Part shown: in pieces, positions 9,228 to 17,975 of the stretch | Layout: every line of letters starts with the position of its first letter | Position numbering within the stretch: the stretch's first letter is position 1 | From: a bacterium | GTDB lineage: Bacteria; UBP18; UBA7526 | Assembly: GCA_030615855.1 (NCBI GenBank) | Contig: JAUWYL010000006.1 | Coordinates: 1-54,532, forward strand | DNA length: 54,532 nucleotides | Direction of reading: 5' to 3' | Position numbers and translations under genes: made by a program | The notes under the pieces: model-generated | Told to the model about the DNA's origin: nothing | The model's input: only the letters and a program-made list of their open reading frames with translations | Database searches by the model: none

Positions 9228-10848
9228 GAAAGAACTAAAGCAATTATACGAGGAATCCTTTGCCCGGGAATCTATTCGCCAGGATCAGATAGTGGAGGGC
9301 AGAGTCATTCAGATAATGGATGATGGAGTCTTAGTCGATATCGGGTATAAGGTGGAAGGGATCATCCCCAGAAGGGAATTTAAGGAACCGCCCAAGGTTG
9401 GCAAGAAGTTTTCGGTCTACGTTATGAGGAAAGAAGGAGAGGGAGGGCTTCTTCTCCTCTCTAAGAAGAGAGCAGAAGAGACCATTATCTGGGAGACTTT
9501 AAGTCAGTCTTTCGAGAAAAAGAAGAGACTGGAAGGAGTAGTGAGGTGCAGGATTAAGGGAGGACTCATGGTCGATGTTGGCTGGGAGGGCTTCCTTCCT
9601 GGTTCCCACCTGGATCTCTTTCCCAGGTATAATCTGGAAGAGTTTATTGGAAAGAAGATTAAGGTAAGGATTATTAAACTGGATAGGAAGAGAAAGAACT
9701 TGGTTCTCTCGCGTAGGGTGATCTTAGAAGAAGAGAAAGCGAAAGCAAAGGAGAGGATTTTTTCCCAGATCCAGGTAGGGGATATTTTGAAGGGAAGGAT
9801 AAAGAGCCTGACCAGCTTCGGAGCCTTCATTGATCTGGGAGGATTCGATGGCCTCATTCATATCAAAGACCTCTCCTATGCCCACCTGAGACATCCTTCA
9901 GAGCTCCTCTCCATCGGGGAAGAGGTGGAGGCCTTAGTCCTCTCTCTGGACAAAGAGAGAGATAAGATCTCTTTAGGGTTGAAGCAACTCAAGCCAGACC
10001 CCTGGGAAGAGGCAGAGAAAAAATATCCTCCGGGCTCTATAGTAGAGGGGAAGGTCACCACCTTAACAGACTATGGGGCCTTCGTAGAATTGGAAGAAGG
10101 CCTGGAGGGGCTTTTGCATGTTTCGCGTCTTTCATCCTCTAACTATTTGGAACATCCTTCCCAAGCCTTAAAGGTGGGAGAAAAGGTTGGGGTAAAGATC
10201 TTGAACGTCGATTCTCAAAACCAGCGGATGACCCTGGACCGCAAGAGCCTCTTATGGGAAGAGATGAAGAAGAAGTATCCCATAGGTTCCAGGGTAAAGG
10301 GGAGAATAACCGGAATTACCAGATTCGGAGCCTTCTTGAAATTGGAGGAAGGCCTGGAAGGCCTCATCCATATCTCTGATCTATCCTGGGAGGGAAGAAT
10401 CCCCCATCCTTCAAGAATAGTAAAGGAGGGAGAGGAACATGAAGTTGTAGTATTGGATGTCAACCCCGAGGAAGAGAAGATTTCACTCGGCTTGAAGCAG
10501 CTTACTCCGGACCCCTATGAGAAATTCAAAGAGGGGATGCACTTCAAGGTCAAGGTGATAAATATTGTCCCCTTCGGAGTCTTCGTGGAACTGGAGGAGG
10601 GAGTGGAAGGATTGATCCACATTTCCCAATTAGCAAAGAGGAGGGTGGAATCTTGTGAGGATGTCATCTCCCTGGGAGAAGAAGTGATGGCCAAAATAAT
10701 AAAGGTAGACAGAAAAAAGAGGAAGATCGCCCTGAGCATCAAGGAATATCTCCTAGATAAAGAGGCAAAAGAGATGAGAGAATATATGGGAAGCGAGAAG
10801 GAAGCAAAGACCAGTTTAAGAGATTTAATGAAGAAAGAAAGGAGGTAG
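9217..10848 (+). CDS. rpsA: 30S ribosomal protein S1
   Basis: Repeated S1 domains (FGAFIDLGGFDGLIHI, YGAFVELEEGLEGLLHVS); probable ATG at 9217. Confidence 0.93.
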   Translation: MATKKELKQLYEESFARESIRQDQIVEGRVIQIMDDGVLVDIGYKVEGIIPRREFKEPPKVGKKFSVYVMRKEGEGGLLLLSKKRAEETIIWETLSQSFEKKKRLEGVVRCRIKGGLMVDVGWEGFLPGSHLDLFPRYNLEEFIGKKIKVRIIKLDRKRKNLVLSRRVILEEEKAKAKERIFSQIQVGDILKGRIKSLTSFGAFIDLGGFDGLIHIKDLSYAHLRHPSELLSIGEEVEALVLSLDKERDKISLGLKQLKPDPWEEAEKKYPPGSIVEGKVTTLTDYGAFVELEEGLEGLLHVSRLSSSNYLEHPSQALKVGEKVGVKILNVDSQNQRMTLDRKSLLWEEMKKKYPIGSRVKGRITGITRFGAFLKLEEGLEGLIHISDLSWEGRIPHPSRIVKEGEEHEVVVLDVNPEEEKISLGLKQLTPDPYEKFKEGMHFKVKVINIVPFGVFVELEEGVEGLIHISQLAKRRVESCEDVISLGEEVMAKIIKVDRKKRKIALSIKEYLLDKEAKEMREYMGSEKEAKTSLRDLMKKERR

Positions 10849-10851
10849 AAA

Positions 10852-11493
10852 ATGCTTAGAAAAAGAAGGGAGGAGGAGGTCGTATCCTTGATGGACCAGC
10901 ATCTGGAGAAGGTGGGGGAGTGTCTGGAGAGTATGGAAAAGACTATTGAAGATTATCTGGGAGGGAATATCGATTCAGCCAAGGCAAATGCTTTAAAGAC
11001 CCATAACTTAGAGGGGGCGGCAGACGGCCTAAGGCGCAGGATAATAGCGGAATTCTATAAGGGCGCTTTCCTTCCCGCCCTGCGAGAAGGCCTGATTGAC
11101 CTGACCTTAGCCGTAGATGAAATCGCCGATCGGGCAGAATCGACTTGTGACTTTATTATGCTTACCCGACCAGAGATTCCAGAGGAGTTTAAAGAGGATT
11201 TTAGAAAGATTACTTTTGATTCCATGGCCGCCTTTCCCCCTTTGAGGGAGGGGAAGATGAATCTCTTCAAAGACTTTTCCCTTTCCCGAGAGAAGACCAT
11301 CGAGGTTCACGGGCTAGAAGGTAAGGTAGATGCTGAGGAATGGAAGATGAATCGCCGCGTATTCACCTCTGAGCTACTCCTATCTCAGAAAATGCTCTTG
11401 AGGGAAGTCATCTGGCACATAGCAAGCATCTCTGATGTGATAGAGGATGCTGCCGATGTCTTAGAGGTTCTAATCATCAAGAAACAGGTTTAA
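10852..11493 (+). CDS. DUF47 / PhoU-like phosphate transport regulator
   Basis: HNLEGAADGLRRRI, GAFLP, DEIADRAE and ISDVIEDAAD motifs; directly upstream of a PiT transporter. Confidence 0.85.
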   Translation: MLRKRREEEVVSLMDQHLEKVGECLESMEKTIEDYLGGNIDSAKANALKTHNLEGAADGLRRRIIAEFYKGAFLPALREGLIDLTLAVDEIADRAESTCDFIMLTRPEIPEEFKEDFRKITFDSMAAFPPLREGKMNLFKDFSLSREKTIEVHGLEGKVDAEEWKMNRRVFTSELLLSQKMLLREVIWHIASISDVIEDAADVLEVLIIKKQV

Positions 11494-11519
11494 AAATTTA
11501 GAAAAAAGGGACGGAACAA

Positions 11520-12476
11520 ATGTTTAAATTTCTTATTCCTCTTCCCGGCCTCTATATGGGCTGGGGCTTGGGCTCCAACGATGCTGCCAATGTCTTCGGC
11601 CCTCAGGTCAATTCCGAGATTATAAAATATCGCAGGGCAGTTATTCTAACTGCGATCTTCGTTATTATTGGTGCTCTCTTGGAGGGAAGGAAATGTTTTG
11701 AAACTGTAGGAGGAATTACTAACTTAGTCGTCTGGACCGCAGTAGTCTCTGCTCTGGCTGCGGCACTGACCGTAAACCTGATGAGTTACCTCAAGATTCC
11801 TGTTTCCACCTCACAAGCAATTGTCGGAGCCATTATCGGGGTAGGCTTGCTAAGACATACCAGGATAGAATATACCCTGTTAAGAAAGGTCTTCCTCTGC
11901 TGGATATTAACCCCTCTGGGAGCGGTAGTCATCGCTTATCTTCTCTATAAATTCTTAGCCTTCGCCTGGCAAAGGAGGGTTAAGAACTTAATAGTCTTCA
12001 ATAGAATAGTGGGAATCTCCTCCATTATCATCGGTTGCTATGCTGCCTATACTTTGGGAGCGAATAATGTTGCCAATACCACCGGAATCTTTGTAGGGGT
12101 AGTGCCCGGCTTCTCTCCTCTTATGGCTACTCTTTTAGGAGGAGGAAGCATCGCCCTGGGTGCTCTAACCTACTCCCGAAATGTAATGTATACTGTAGGG
12201 AAGAAGATAACCCCTCTGGATCCTTTCTCGGCTCTGATAGTGGTCTTAGCCCAGGCCGTTACCCTCCATATATATGCCCAGCTTCATGTTCCCGTTTCCA
12301 GTTCTCAGGCAGTGGTAGGTGCCGTAGTAGGCGTAGGATTGGTAAAGGGGATGAGGATGGTCAATAAAAAAACACTGGGCAATATCTTTACTGGCTGGAT
12401 TTTTACTCTTATCGGGTCCGGGGCAGTAGCCTATTCTTTGGGGTGGATAGTAAGACTCTTCATAATTCATGGTTAG
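11520..12476 (+). CDS. Inorganic phosphate transporter, PiT family
   Basis: GSNDAANVFG and GANNVAN signature repeats; PVSTSQAIVG. Confidence 0.9.
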   Translation: MFKFLIPLPGLYMGWGLGSNDAANVFGPQVNSEIIKYRRAVILTAIFVIIGALLEGRKCFETVGGITNLVVWTAVVSALAAALTVNLMSYLKIPVSTSQAIVGAIIGVGLLRHTRIEYTLLRKVFLCWILTPLGAVVIAYLLYKFLAFAWQRRVKNLIVFNRIVGISSIIIGCYAAYTLGANNVANTTGIFVGVVPGFSPLMATLLGGGSIALGALTYSRNVMYTVGKKITPLDPFSALIVVLAQAVTLHIYAQLHVPVSSSQAVVGAVVGVGLVKGMRMVNKKTLGNIFTGWIFTLIGSGAVAYSLGWIVRLFIIHG

Positions 12477-12500
12477 ACGAGGTAAGCGGAGCGCGTCGTC
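12457..12500 (+). repeat. Left copy of a ~45-bp inverted repeat flanking the NTPase gene
   Basis: tcttcataattcatggttagacgaggtaagcggagcgcgtcgtc resembles the reverse complement of 13045-13089. Confidence 0.7.
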
Positions 12501-12512
12501 CTAAAATAGAAG

Positions 12513-13046
12513 ATGAAGAATATTTTACTGACCGGTAGACCAGGGATAGGAAAGACATCCATCATTAAAGAGGTAATTGATATTTTAAAGATAAACGCTG
12601 GAGGATTTTATACCAGAGAGATCAGAGAGGAAGGAATAAGAAAAGGATTTGAAATCATTACCTTAAATGGGAAGAGAGGAATTTTGGCTCATGTAGATTG
12701 CAGAAGTCCTTACCGCGTGAGCAAATATGGAGTGAATATAAAAGACCTGGAAGAGGTTGCTGCCCCTGCTATAGAAGAGGCATTAAGAAATAAAGAATGT
12801 ATCATTATTGATGAGATAGGAAGGATGGAGCTCCATTCCCCGAAGTTCTGCTCCTTAGTAAAGAAGGCCTTGGATAGTGAAAAGAGAGTCCTGGGAACCA
12901 TACAGGCCAGGCATAACGAATTCTTGGACTCCATAAGAGAAAGAGAAGATACCAAGATAATGGAAGTAACTTTTGAAAACAGAAAAAAAATTATAAAAGA
13001 AATTGGCGATGCGCTAAAGCTTGCCTCGTCTAATCATAGATTATGA
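12513..13046 (+). CDS. P-loop NTPase (NTPase_1/THEP1 family)
   Basis: LTGRPGIGKT, GGFYTREIRE..RKGF and IIDEIGRMEL motifs. Confidence 0.9.
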   Translation: MKNILLTGRPGIGKTSIIKEVIDILKINAGGFYTREIREEGIRKGFEIITLNGKRGILAHVDCRSPYRVSKYGVNIKDLEEVAAPAIEEALRNKECIIIDEIGRMELHSPKFCSLVKKALDSEKRVLGTIQARHNEFLDSIREREDTKIMEVTFENRKKIIKEIGDALKLASSNHRL

Positions 13047-13084
13047 CGATGCGCTAAAGCTTGCCTCGTCTAATCATAGATTAT
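13005..13084 (+). repeat. 40-bp tandem duplication of a hairpin element
   Basis: g(g/a)cgatgcgctaaagcttgcctcgtctaatcatagattat occurs twice, with one mismatch. Confidence 0.9.
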
Positions 13085-13098
13085 AAGGAGATTTTAAG

Positions 13099-13566
13099 AT
13101 GGAGAGAACCTTAGTCCTGATTAAGCCGGATGGGGTACAGAGGAAGTTGGTGGGAGAGATCATTAAGAAATTTGAGAATAAGGGCTTGAAGATTATTGGA
13201 TTAAAAATGATTAACATCTCAAGACCTTTAACCAAAAAACTCTACCAGATGCATAGAGATAAAGCATTCTTCAGATATCTCATTAAATTCACTACTGCTG
13301 GGCCGAATGTTGCTTTGGTCTTAGAAGGTGGGGAGGCGGTAAGTATGGTACGCAAGATAATCGGAGAAACCACTCCTGAAGAGTCAAGACCAGGAAGTAT
13401 TCGAGGGGACTATGCTATTCATGAGAGGTTCAATCTGGTCCACAGTGCGGACTCTAAAGAGAATGCAGAGAGGGAAATCCGTTTACTTTTCAAACCACAA
13501 GAACTCTGTAAATACTCCCAGATTCTTCATCCCTGGCTCTATGGAGGGAAGGGGATAGACAGGTAA
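13099..13566 (+). CDS. ndk: Nucleoside diphosphate kinase
   Basis: MERTLVLIKPDGVQR, PGSIRGDY, NLVHSADS (catalytic His). Confidence 0.93.
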   Translation: MERTLVLIKPDGVQRKLVGEIIKKFENKGLKIIGLKMINISRPLTKKLYQMHRDKAFFRYLIKFTTAGPNVALVLEGGEAVSMVRKIIGETTPEESRPGSIRGDYAIHERFNLVHSADSKENAEREIRLLFKPQELCKYSQILHPWLYGGKGIDR

Positions 13567-13567
13567 A

Positions 13568-13654
13568 TGAAACGGAGAAACGGGGAATCGGAGATAGTGG
13601 GAAAGTGAGAAAGTGAGAAAGTCAATAGTCATTGTTCAATGCTCAATGTTCAAT
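13568..13654. repeat. Mixed 7-8-nt tandem repeats
   Basis: gaaacgga/gaaacggg/gaatcgga; gaaagtga repeats; tgttcaa/tgctcaa/tgttcaa. Confidence 0.65.
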
Positions 13655-13678
13655 ATAAAATGAAAGTAGAGGGATAAG

Positions 13679-14269
13679 TTGGGATTGGAAGAGGATTTTA
13701 TAAAGATTGGGAGAGAGCTCTTTATTCGGGGGCTCATCGCCTCTCACAGTGGGAACCTGAGCGTGAAGAGGGGAGATGAAATCCTCATTACTCGCCGGGG
13801 CTCCATGCTGGGAAATTTAACAAAAGAGGATATCGTCTCTGTCCCGCTAATCGCTGATAAGGTAGAAGCGGCCTCGCGAGAATTAGTAGTCCATCGAGCA
13901 ATCTATCAGTCAACCTCCGCCTTAGCCTGCGTCCATGCCCATCCTCCCTATGCTATTGCTTTATCTCTCATAGAGAATGAGATCATCCCTATTGATGAAG
14001 AAGGCGCCTTTTATCTGCCCCGAGTTCCCATCTTAGCCATTGAGGATACTATCGGTTCAGAGGTTGTTGCTTCTCAATTAGCAAAGCTTTTCAATGGAAA
14101 TAAGATCGCCATGATCAAAGGTCATGGAAGCTTTGCTATTGGAGAGACCTTAGAAGAAGCCTACCTCAAGACTTCCTCCTTGGAACATTCCTCTCAGATA
14201 ATCCACTTGGTGAAGACCATGAGCCCTAACCTCTATCACCAAAGAATCCTCAGGATGAAAAATAAATAG
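13679..14269 (+). CDS. Class II aldolase/adducin family protein (fuculose-phosphate aldolase-like)
   Basis: SHSGNLSV, ASRELVVHRAIY, VHAHPPYA and KGHGSFAIG zinc-binding motifs. Confidence 0.88.
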   Translation: MGLEEDFIKIGRELFIRGLIASHSGNLSVKRGDEILITRRGSMLGNLTKEDIVSVPLIADKVEAASRELVVHRAIYQSTSALACVHAHPPYAIALSLIENEIIPIDEEGAFYLPRVPILAIEDTIGSEVVASQLAKLFNGNKIAMIKGHGSFAIGETLEEAYLKTSSLEHSSQIIHLVKTMSPNLYHQRILRMKNK

Positions 14270-15244
14270 ATGATTCTGCTCTGGCTTAAGTTTATTATTA
14301 CTGCTTTAATTATTATCTTCTCTGGGATAAGGCTCTGTCATTATGGAGACCAAATTGCCCAGAAGACAGGTTTGACCAGGGCCTGGATCGGGATAATATT
14401 AATCGCTGCTATAACCTCCCTTCCTGAAGTGGTAACCAGTATGGGCGCCGCTTTAATGGTAAAAGCTCCGGACCTTGCCCTAGGAGATCTTCTGGGAAGC
14501 AATGCCTTTAACCTTATGGCTCTGGGGTTATTACTTGTCATCTATCGTCAGAGACGTCCCACATCCAAAATAGTTGGTGGGGCAATATGCAGCCTCTTTG
14601 GTATTATCTTGGTTGGCATAGTGGGAGGAGGCATTCTGTCTCATTCTCCCTTTTCTTTAGGATGGTTTGGCCTGGATAGTCTTTTAATCCTTATCATCTA
14701 TCTTCTGGGTATGGGGTTTGTTTATAGATATGAACATAAGAATGAAGGGTCAAGGGTCAAGGGTCAAGGGTTAAGAGAAAAACTACCAATTACCAAATTC
14801 GTAGTGGCTGCTCTATTCATTGTGGGGGCGGGCATCTGGCTGGCTAATCTGGGAGAGGAAATCGCTATAAAGACTCACTGGGGAAGGACATTTGTGGGCA
14901 GCCTCTTCTTGGCAGTAACCACTTCTCTTCCTGAAGTAGTAGTGGCGGGAACGGCTCTCAAGATAGGTGCTTTAGATATGGCCGTTGGGGCTCTACTGGG
15001 GAGCAACATGTTTAACTTAGCCATCATCCCCTTAACCGATATTTTCTACCGCCCCGGACCGATACTGGGGCAGGTATCCTCTACTAATCTTCTCACTGCT
15101 GGAATAGTAATTATCCTAACTATTATTACTCTGGGAGGTCTCCTCTATCGTTCGAAAAAGAGGGTTCCCCGCTTCAGCCCCGATAGTCTATTCATCATCA
15201 CTGTCTACCTGATCGGGATGTATTATCTATTCAAAATGAGATAG
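14270..15244 (+). CDS. Sodium:calcium exchanger family protein (YrbG-like)
   Basis: Two alpha repeats: AITSLPE..GDLLGSNAFN and VTTSLPE..GALLGSNMFN. Confidence 0.9.
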   Translation: MILLWLKFIITALIIIFSGIRLCHYGDQIAQKTGLTRAWIGIILIAAITSLPEVVTSMGAALMVKAPDLALGDLLGSNAFNLMALGLLLVIYRQRRPTSKIVGGAICSLFGIILVGIVGGGILSHSPFSLGWFGLDSLLILIIYLLGMGFVYRYEHKNEGSRVKGQGLREKLPITKFVVAALFIVGAGIWLANLGEEIAIKTHWGRTFVGSLFLAVTTSLPEVVVAGTALKIGALDMAVGALLGSNMFNLAIIPLTDIFYRPGPILGQVSSTNLLTAGIVIILTIITLGGLLYRSKKRVPRFSPDSLFIITVYLIGMYYLFKMR

Positions 15245-15253
15245 GAGGAAAAC

Positions 15254-16126
15254 ATGAAGAAAGGAAAGAAAAAAAGGAAGGTAGCGCTCATCGTGGGAAT
15301 AGTTGCGGGAGGAATTATTCTTCTCATTCTGCTTGTGGAGATAGTCGTCCTCTCAGTATTCCTGGCACGGAGGGCAGAGCTTGGGGTAGGGAATGTAGCC
15401 ATCATTGATATCAAAGGGCCCATCTATACTTCAAGAGAGATCATTGAAAAGATTCATAAATATAAAAAGAATCGCATGGTCAAGGCTTTAGTCATCAGGC
15501 TCGAGACCCCGGGCGGGGGAGTGGCTGCCTGCCAAGAGATCTACGAAGAGTTGAACAAGGTCAGGGAGAAGAAGAAAGTAGTAGTGGCCTCAATGGGTGG
15601 GGTAGCGGCCTCTGGGGGATACTATATCGCCTGTGCCGCAGATAAGATCATTGCCAATCCAGGAACAGTAACTGGTTCCATCGGAGTGGCCATGCACATC
15701 TCAAATCTGGAGGAACTATTTAAGAAAGTGGGACTAAAGTTTGAGGTGATAAAGAGCGGTGCCCATAAGGACATTGGCTCTCCCTCTCGAGCCATGACCC
15801 CAACAGAGAGGGCCCTCCTTCAAAGGGTAATAAACGATGTCTATAATCAGTTCATCGAGGTCATTGTAAAGGAGAGGAATTTGGATAAACGAAAGGTGCG
15901 CTCCTTAGCAGATGGGAGGATATTCACGGGAAAGCAAGCCAAGAAATTGGGCCTGGTAGATGAGTTGGGGAACCTGGATGATGCTATAAAGATAGCCGGA
16001 GAACTGGCGAAGATAAAGGGTGAACCGAAGGTCATCCGGGAGAAGGAGAGAAGGAAATTCACCATCTTCGATCTCATCCGCCCCCGAGATAGGGGCAATT
16101 TCTCTTTGGAATACATCTTTGAATAA
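15254..16126 (+). CDS. sppA: Signal peptide peptidase SppA (36K type)
   Basis: N-terminal TM segment; TPGG, VASMGGVAASGGYYIA, TGSIGV, ADGRIFTG. Confidence 0.92.
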   Translation: MKKGKKKRKVALIVGIVAGGIILLILLVEIVVLSVFLARRAELGVGNVAIIDIKGPIYTSREIIEKIHKYKKNRMVKALVIRLETPGGGVAACQEIYEELNKVREKKKVVVASMGGVAASGGYYIACAADKIIANPGTVTGSIGVAMHISNLEELFKKVGLKFEVIKSGAHKDIGSPSRAMTPTERALLQRVINDVYNQFIEVIVKERNLDKRKVRSLADGRIFTGKQAKKLGLVDELGNLDDAIKIAGELAKIKGEPKVIREKERRKFTIFDLIRPRDRGNFSLEYIFE

Positions 16127-16177
16127 GAGTATAAAAGTATAAGAGTAAGAAAGTAGGAGAGTAAGAGAGTAGGAAAG
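16124..16177 (+). repeat. 8-nt tandem repeats (TAAGAGTA / AGTAGGAG-like)
   Basis: taagagtataaaagtataagagtaagaaagtaggagagtaagagagtaggaaag. Confidence 0.65.
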
Positions 16178-16180
16178 AAG

Positions 16181-16888
16181 ATGAAAGCCTTTATACTGGC
16201 CGCGGGACTGGGAACCAGACTGCGGCCTTTAACATTTAAGAAACCGAAACCATTAATTGAAATCGATGGCCGACCGATCATAGACTATGTCTTAGAATGG
16301 TTGGCTAATCAAGGAATAGAAGAGGTCATTATCAATCTTCATTATATGCCGAATATGATTAAGAGATATCTTAGTAGGAGAGGGGAGTCTGGTCTAAAGA
16401 TTACCTACTCCTATGAGAAGAATATTCTGGGCACCGCTGGGGCCTTAAAGAAGAAAGAGAAAGAATTAAAGGAAACCTTCTTAGTTGCTTGTTGTGATTC
16501 CTTAACCAATATAGATATTAAAAAAGCCCTTGCTTTCCATAAAAATAAGAAGGCCCTGGCTACCATGATCTTAAAGAAGATCAAAAGTCCCCAAAGATAT
16601 GGGGTCATTGGGTTAGATGACCAGGGAAGGGTCTGCCAATTTTTAAACAAATATAAAAGCGAAGAACCAGCGACTAAAGCGGCCCATACTGGGATCGTTA
16701 TTTTAAAGCCGGAGGTCTTGAAGTATATCCCGTCTAATAAATTCTACGGTCTGGAAAGGGTATACCTCCAGATGCTTGAGAAGGGAGATCCCCTCTTCGG
16801 ATACCTGGCAGGGGAGTTCTGGCAGGAGGTGGGAAGCCTGAAAAGCCTCGAAGAAGCCTCAAAAATCGCCTCCAAGGGCCTTTTTTAG
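16181..16888 (+). CDS. Sugar-phosphate nucleotidyltransferase (mannose-1-P guanylyltransferase/MurU-like)
   Basis: MKAFILAAGLGTRLRPLT..KPKPL and LGTAGAL motifs. Confidence 0.85.
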   Translation: MKAFILAAGLGTRLRPLTFKKPKPLIEIDGRPIIDYVLEWLANQGIEEVIINLHYMPNMIKRYLSRRGESGLKITYSYEKNILGTAGALKKKEKELKETFLVACCDSLTNIDIKKALAFHKNKKALATMILKKIKSPQRYGVIGLDDQGRVCQFLNKYKSEEPATKAAHTGIVILKPEVLKYIPSNKFYGLERVYLQMLEKGDPLFGYLAGEFWQEVGSLKSLEEASKIASKGLF

Positions 16889-16958
16889 GAGTAGTAATGG
16901 TTTGATATGGGCTAAATGGCTGTTTTAGCCTAGTTAATCACTAAATAAGCATTTTAAG

Positions 16959-16998
16959 ATGCCGAATATCTATATGAAAGGATAGGTCGGCATTTTTT
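16959..16998 (+). terminator. Putative intrinsic terminator of the + strand operon
   Basis: atgccga...tcggcat stem followed by a T-run. Confidence 0.65.
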
Positions 16999-17232
16999 AT
17001 TGCCCTCAAAAATGATTTAAATAGCCCAATCGCTACCTTCTCTACGATATTTTGCTGTAAAAATGGGTATTACAACCGGGAAATGATAAAATTCTAAAAT
17101 GCGGAGAGATCAAGTAGTTATGTTATTTAACTTGAGAAATTACTTTAAGGAAAATGGCCTCAGAGAAAGGAAATCATAAACCCTTGTATTATGCTTATTT
17201 CTGCTCATTTTATGCTTATGGAGATACTATGA

Positions 17233-17260
17233 AGTTGACATAAGATATGTTATCGGACCT
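17233..17260 (-). other. dif: dif-like site (XerC/XerD chromosome dimer resolution)
   Basis: Minus strand reads AGGTCCGATAA CATATC TTATGTCAACT: 11-6-11 layout; right arm matches XerD arms (E. coli TTATGTTAAAT, B. subtilis TTATGTAAACT); lies at the gene-strand switch. Confidence 0.8.
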
Positions 17261-17663
17261 TAGATATTTCAGCCAAAATAGCCCCTTTTCGAGAATAATC
17301 CCCTATCGGTACTAAAGATCTTAAGGAATAAGAACCCGCTAACCCCTCACAATGATTGGGCTTAGTAGAAATGTAATCATTTATCTCGCACTCATAACTC
17401 ATAACCCGTCATTCGTAACCCACATCAAAGACTCCCCTATCAAAATCCAATTTTCTCTTACCGCCCCTGCTCGTTATCAAATACCCCTAAATGGGGGCCT
17501 AACTAAGGCATTAATGTCGTCGTAGAACGCACGAGAATCGCCTGTAAGAGCTTTTTCCCGATATGCCTATGGTTTGGTATAGCCAAATTTGGGGATTCTG
17601 GGCTTTCATAGATTAAAATTAGTAAAAAGTGGGGTTCTGGGGCCTGGCAATCCCCTTCCAAAC

Positions 17664-17693
17664 AAAAAAGCAGGGTCTAAAACTCCCCTGCTT
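17664..17693 (-). terminator. Intrinsic terminator after the HTH gene
   Basis: aagcaggg...ccctgctt hairpin with an A-run on its left (U-run on the minus strand). Confidence 0.65.
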
Positions 17694-17719
17694 ATTTATA
17701 ATCTATAAAGGACTATTGA

Positions 17720-17924
17720 TTAAGTAATTTTCTGTGCCGCCTTTTTCTCATCAAGATATTTTCTTATCTCTTTTAATTGTTCTTTACTTGGTTGAGCTTT
17801 ACCACTTAGCCAACGCTCAACCGTTTTGCGGCCTACATTCAATCGCTTTGCCAAATCGCTGATCTTGTAATCAACATATAAATAGATCTTATGAAGTTCC
17901 CTGAACTCCTCAATTTCCTTCCAT
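17720..17924 (-). pseudogene. Small XRE/Cro-type HTH gene with a 1-nt frameshift directly after the ATG
   Basis: ATG at 17924-17922, one extra G, then KEIEEFRELHKIYLYVDYKISDLAKRLNVGRKTVERWLSGKAQPSKEQLKEIRKYLDEKKAAQKIT*; AGGAAGG RBS upstream. Confidence 0.7.
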
Positions 17925-17946
17925 AAATCTTAACCTTCCTGATTAT

Positions 17947-17975
17947 ATTCTACCATATTTTTTCAATGAAGACAA
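17947..17975 (-). promoter_or_regulatory. Sigma70-like promoter of the HTH gene
   Basis: Minus strand TTGTCT-17 bp-TAGAAT, with TG upstream of the -10. Confidence 0.55.

Noticed and set aside
13005-13084. CRISPR array
   Set aside because: Two directly adjacent units with no spacer; no cas genes; none of the window's other arrays has unique spacers
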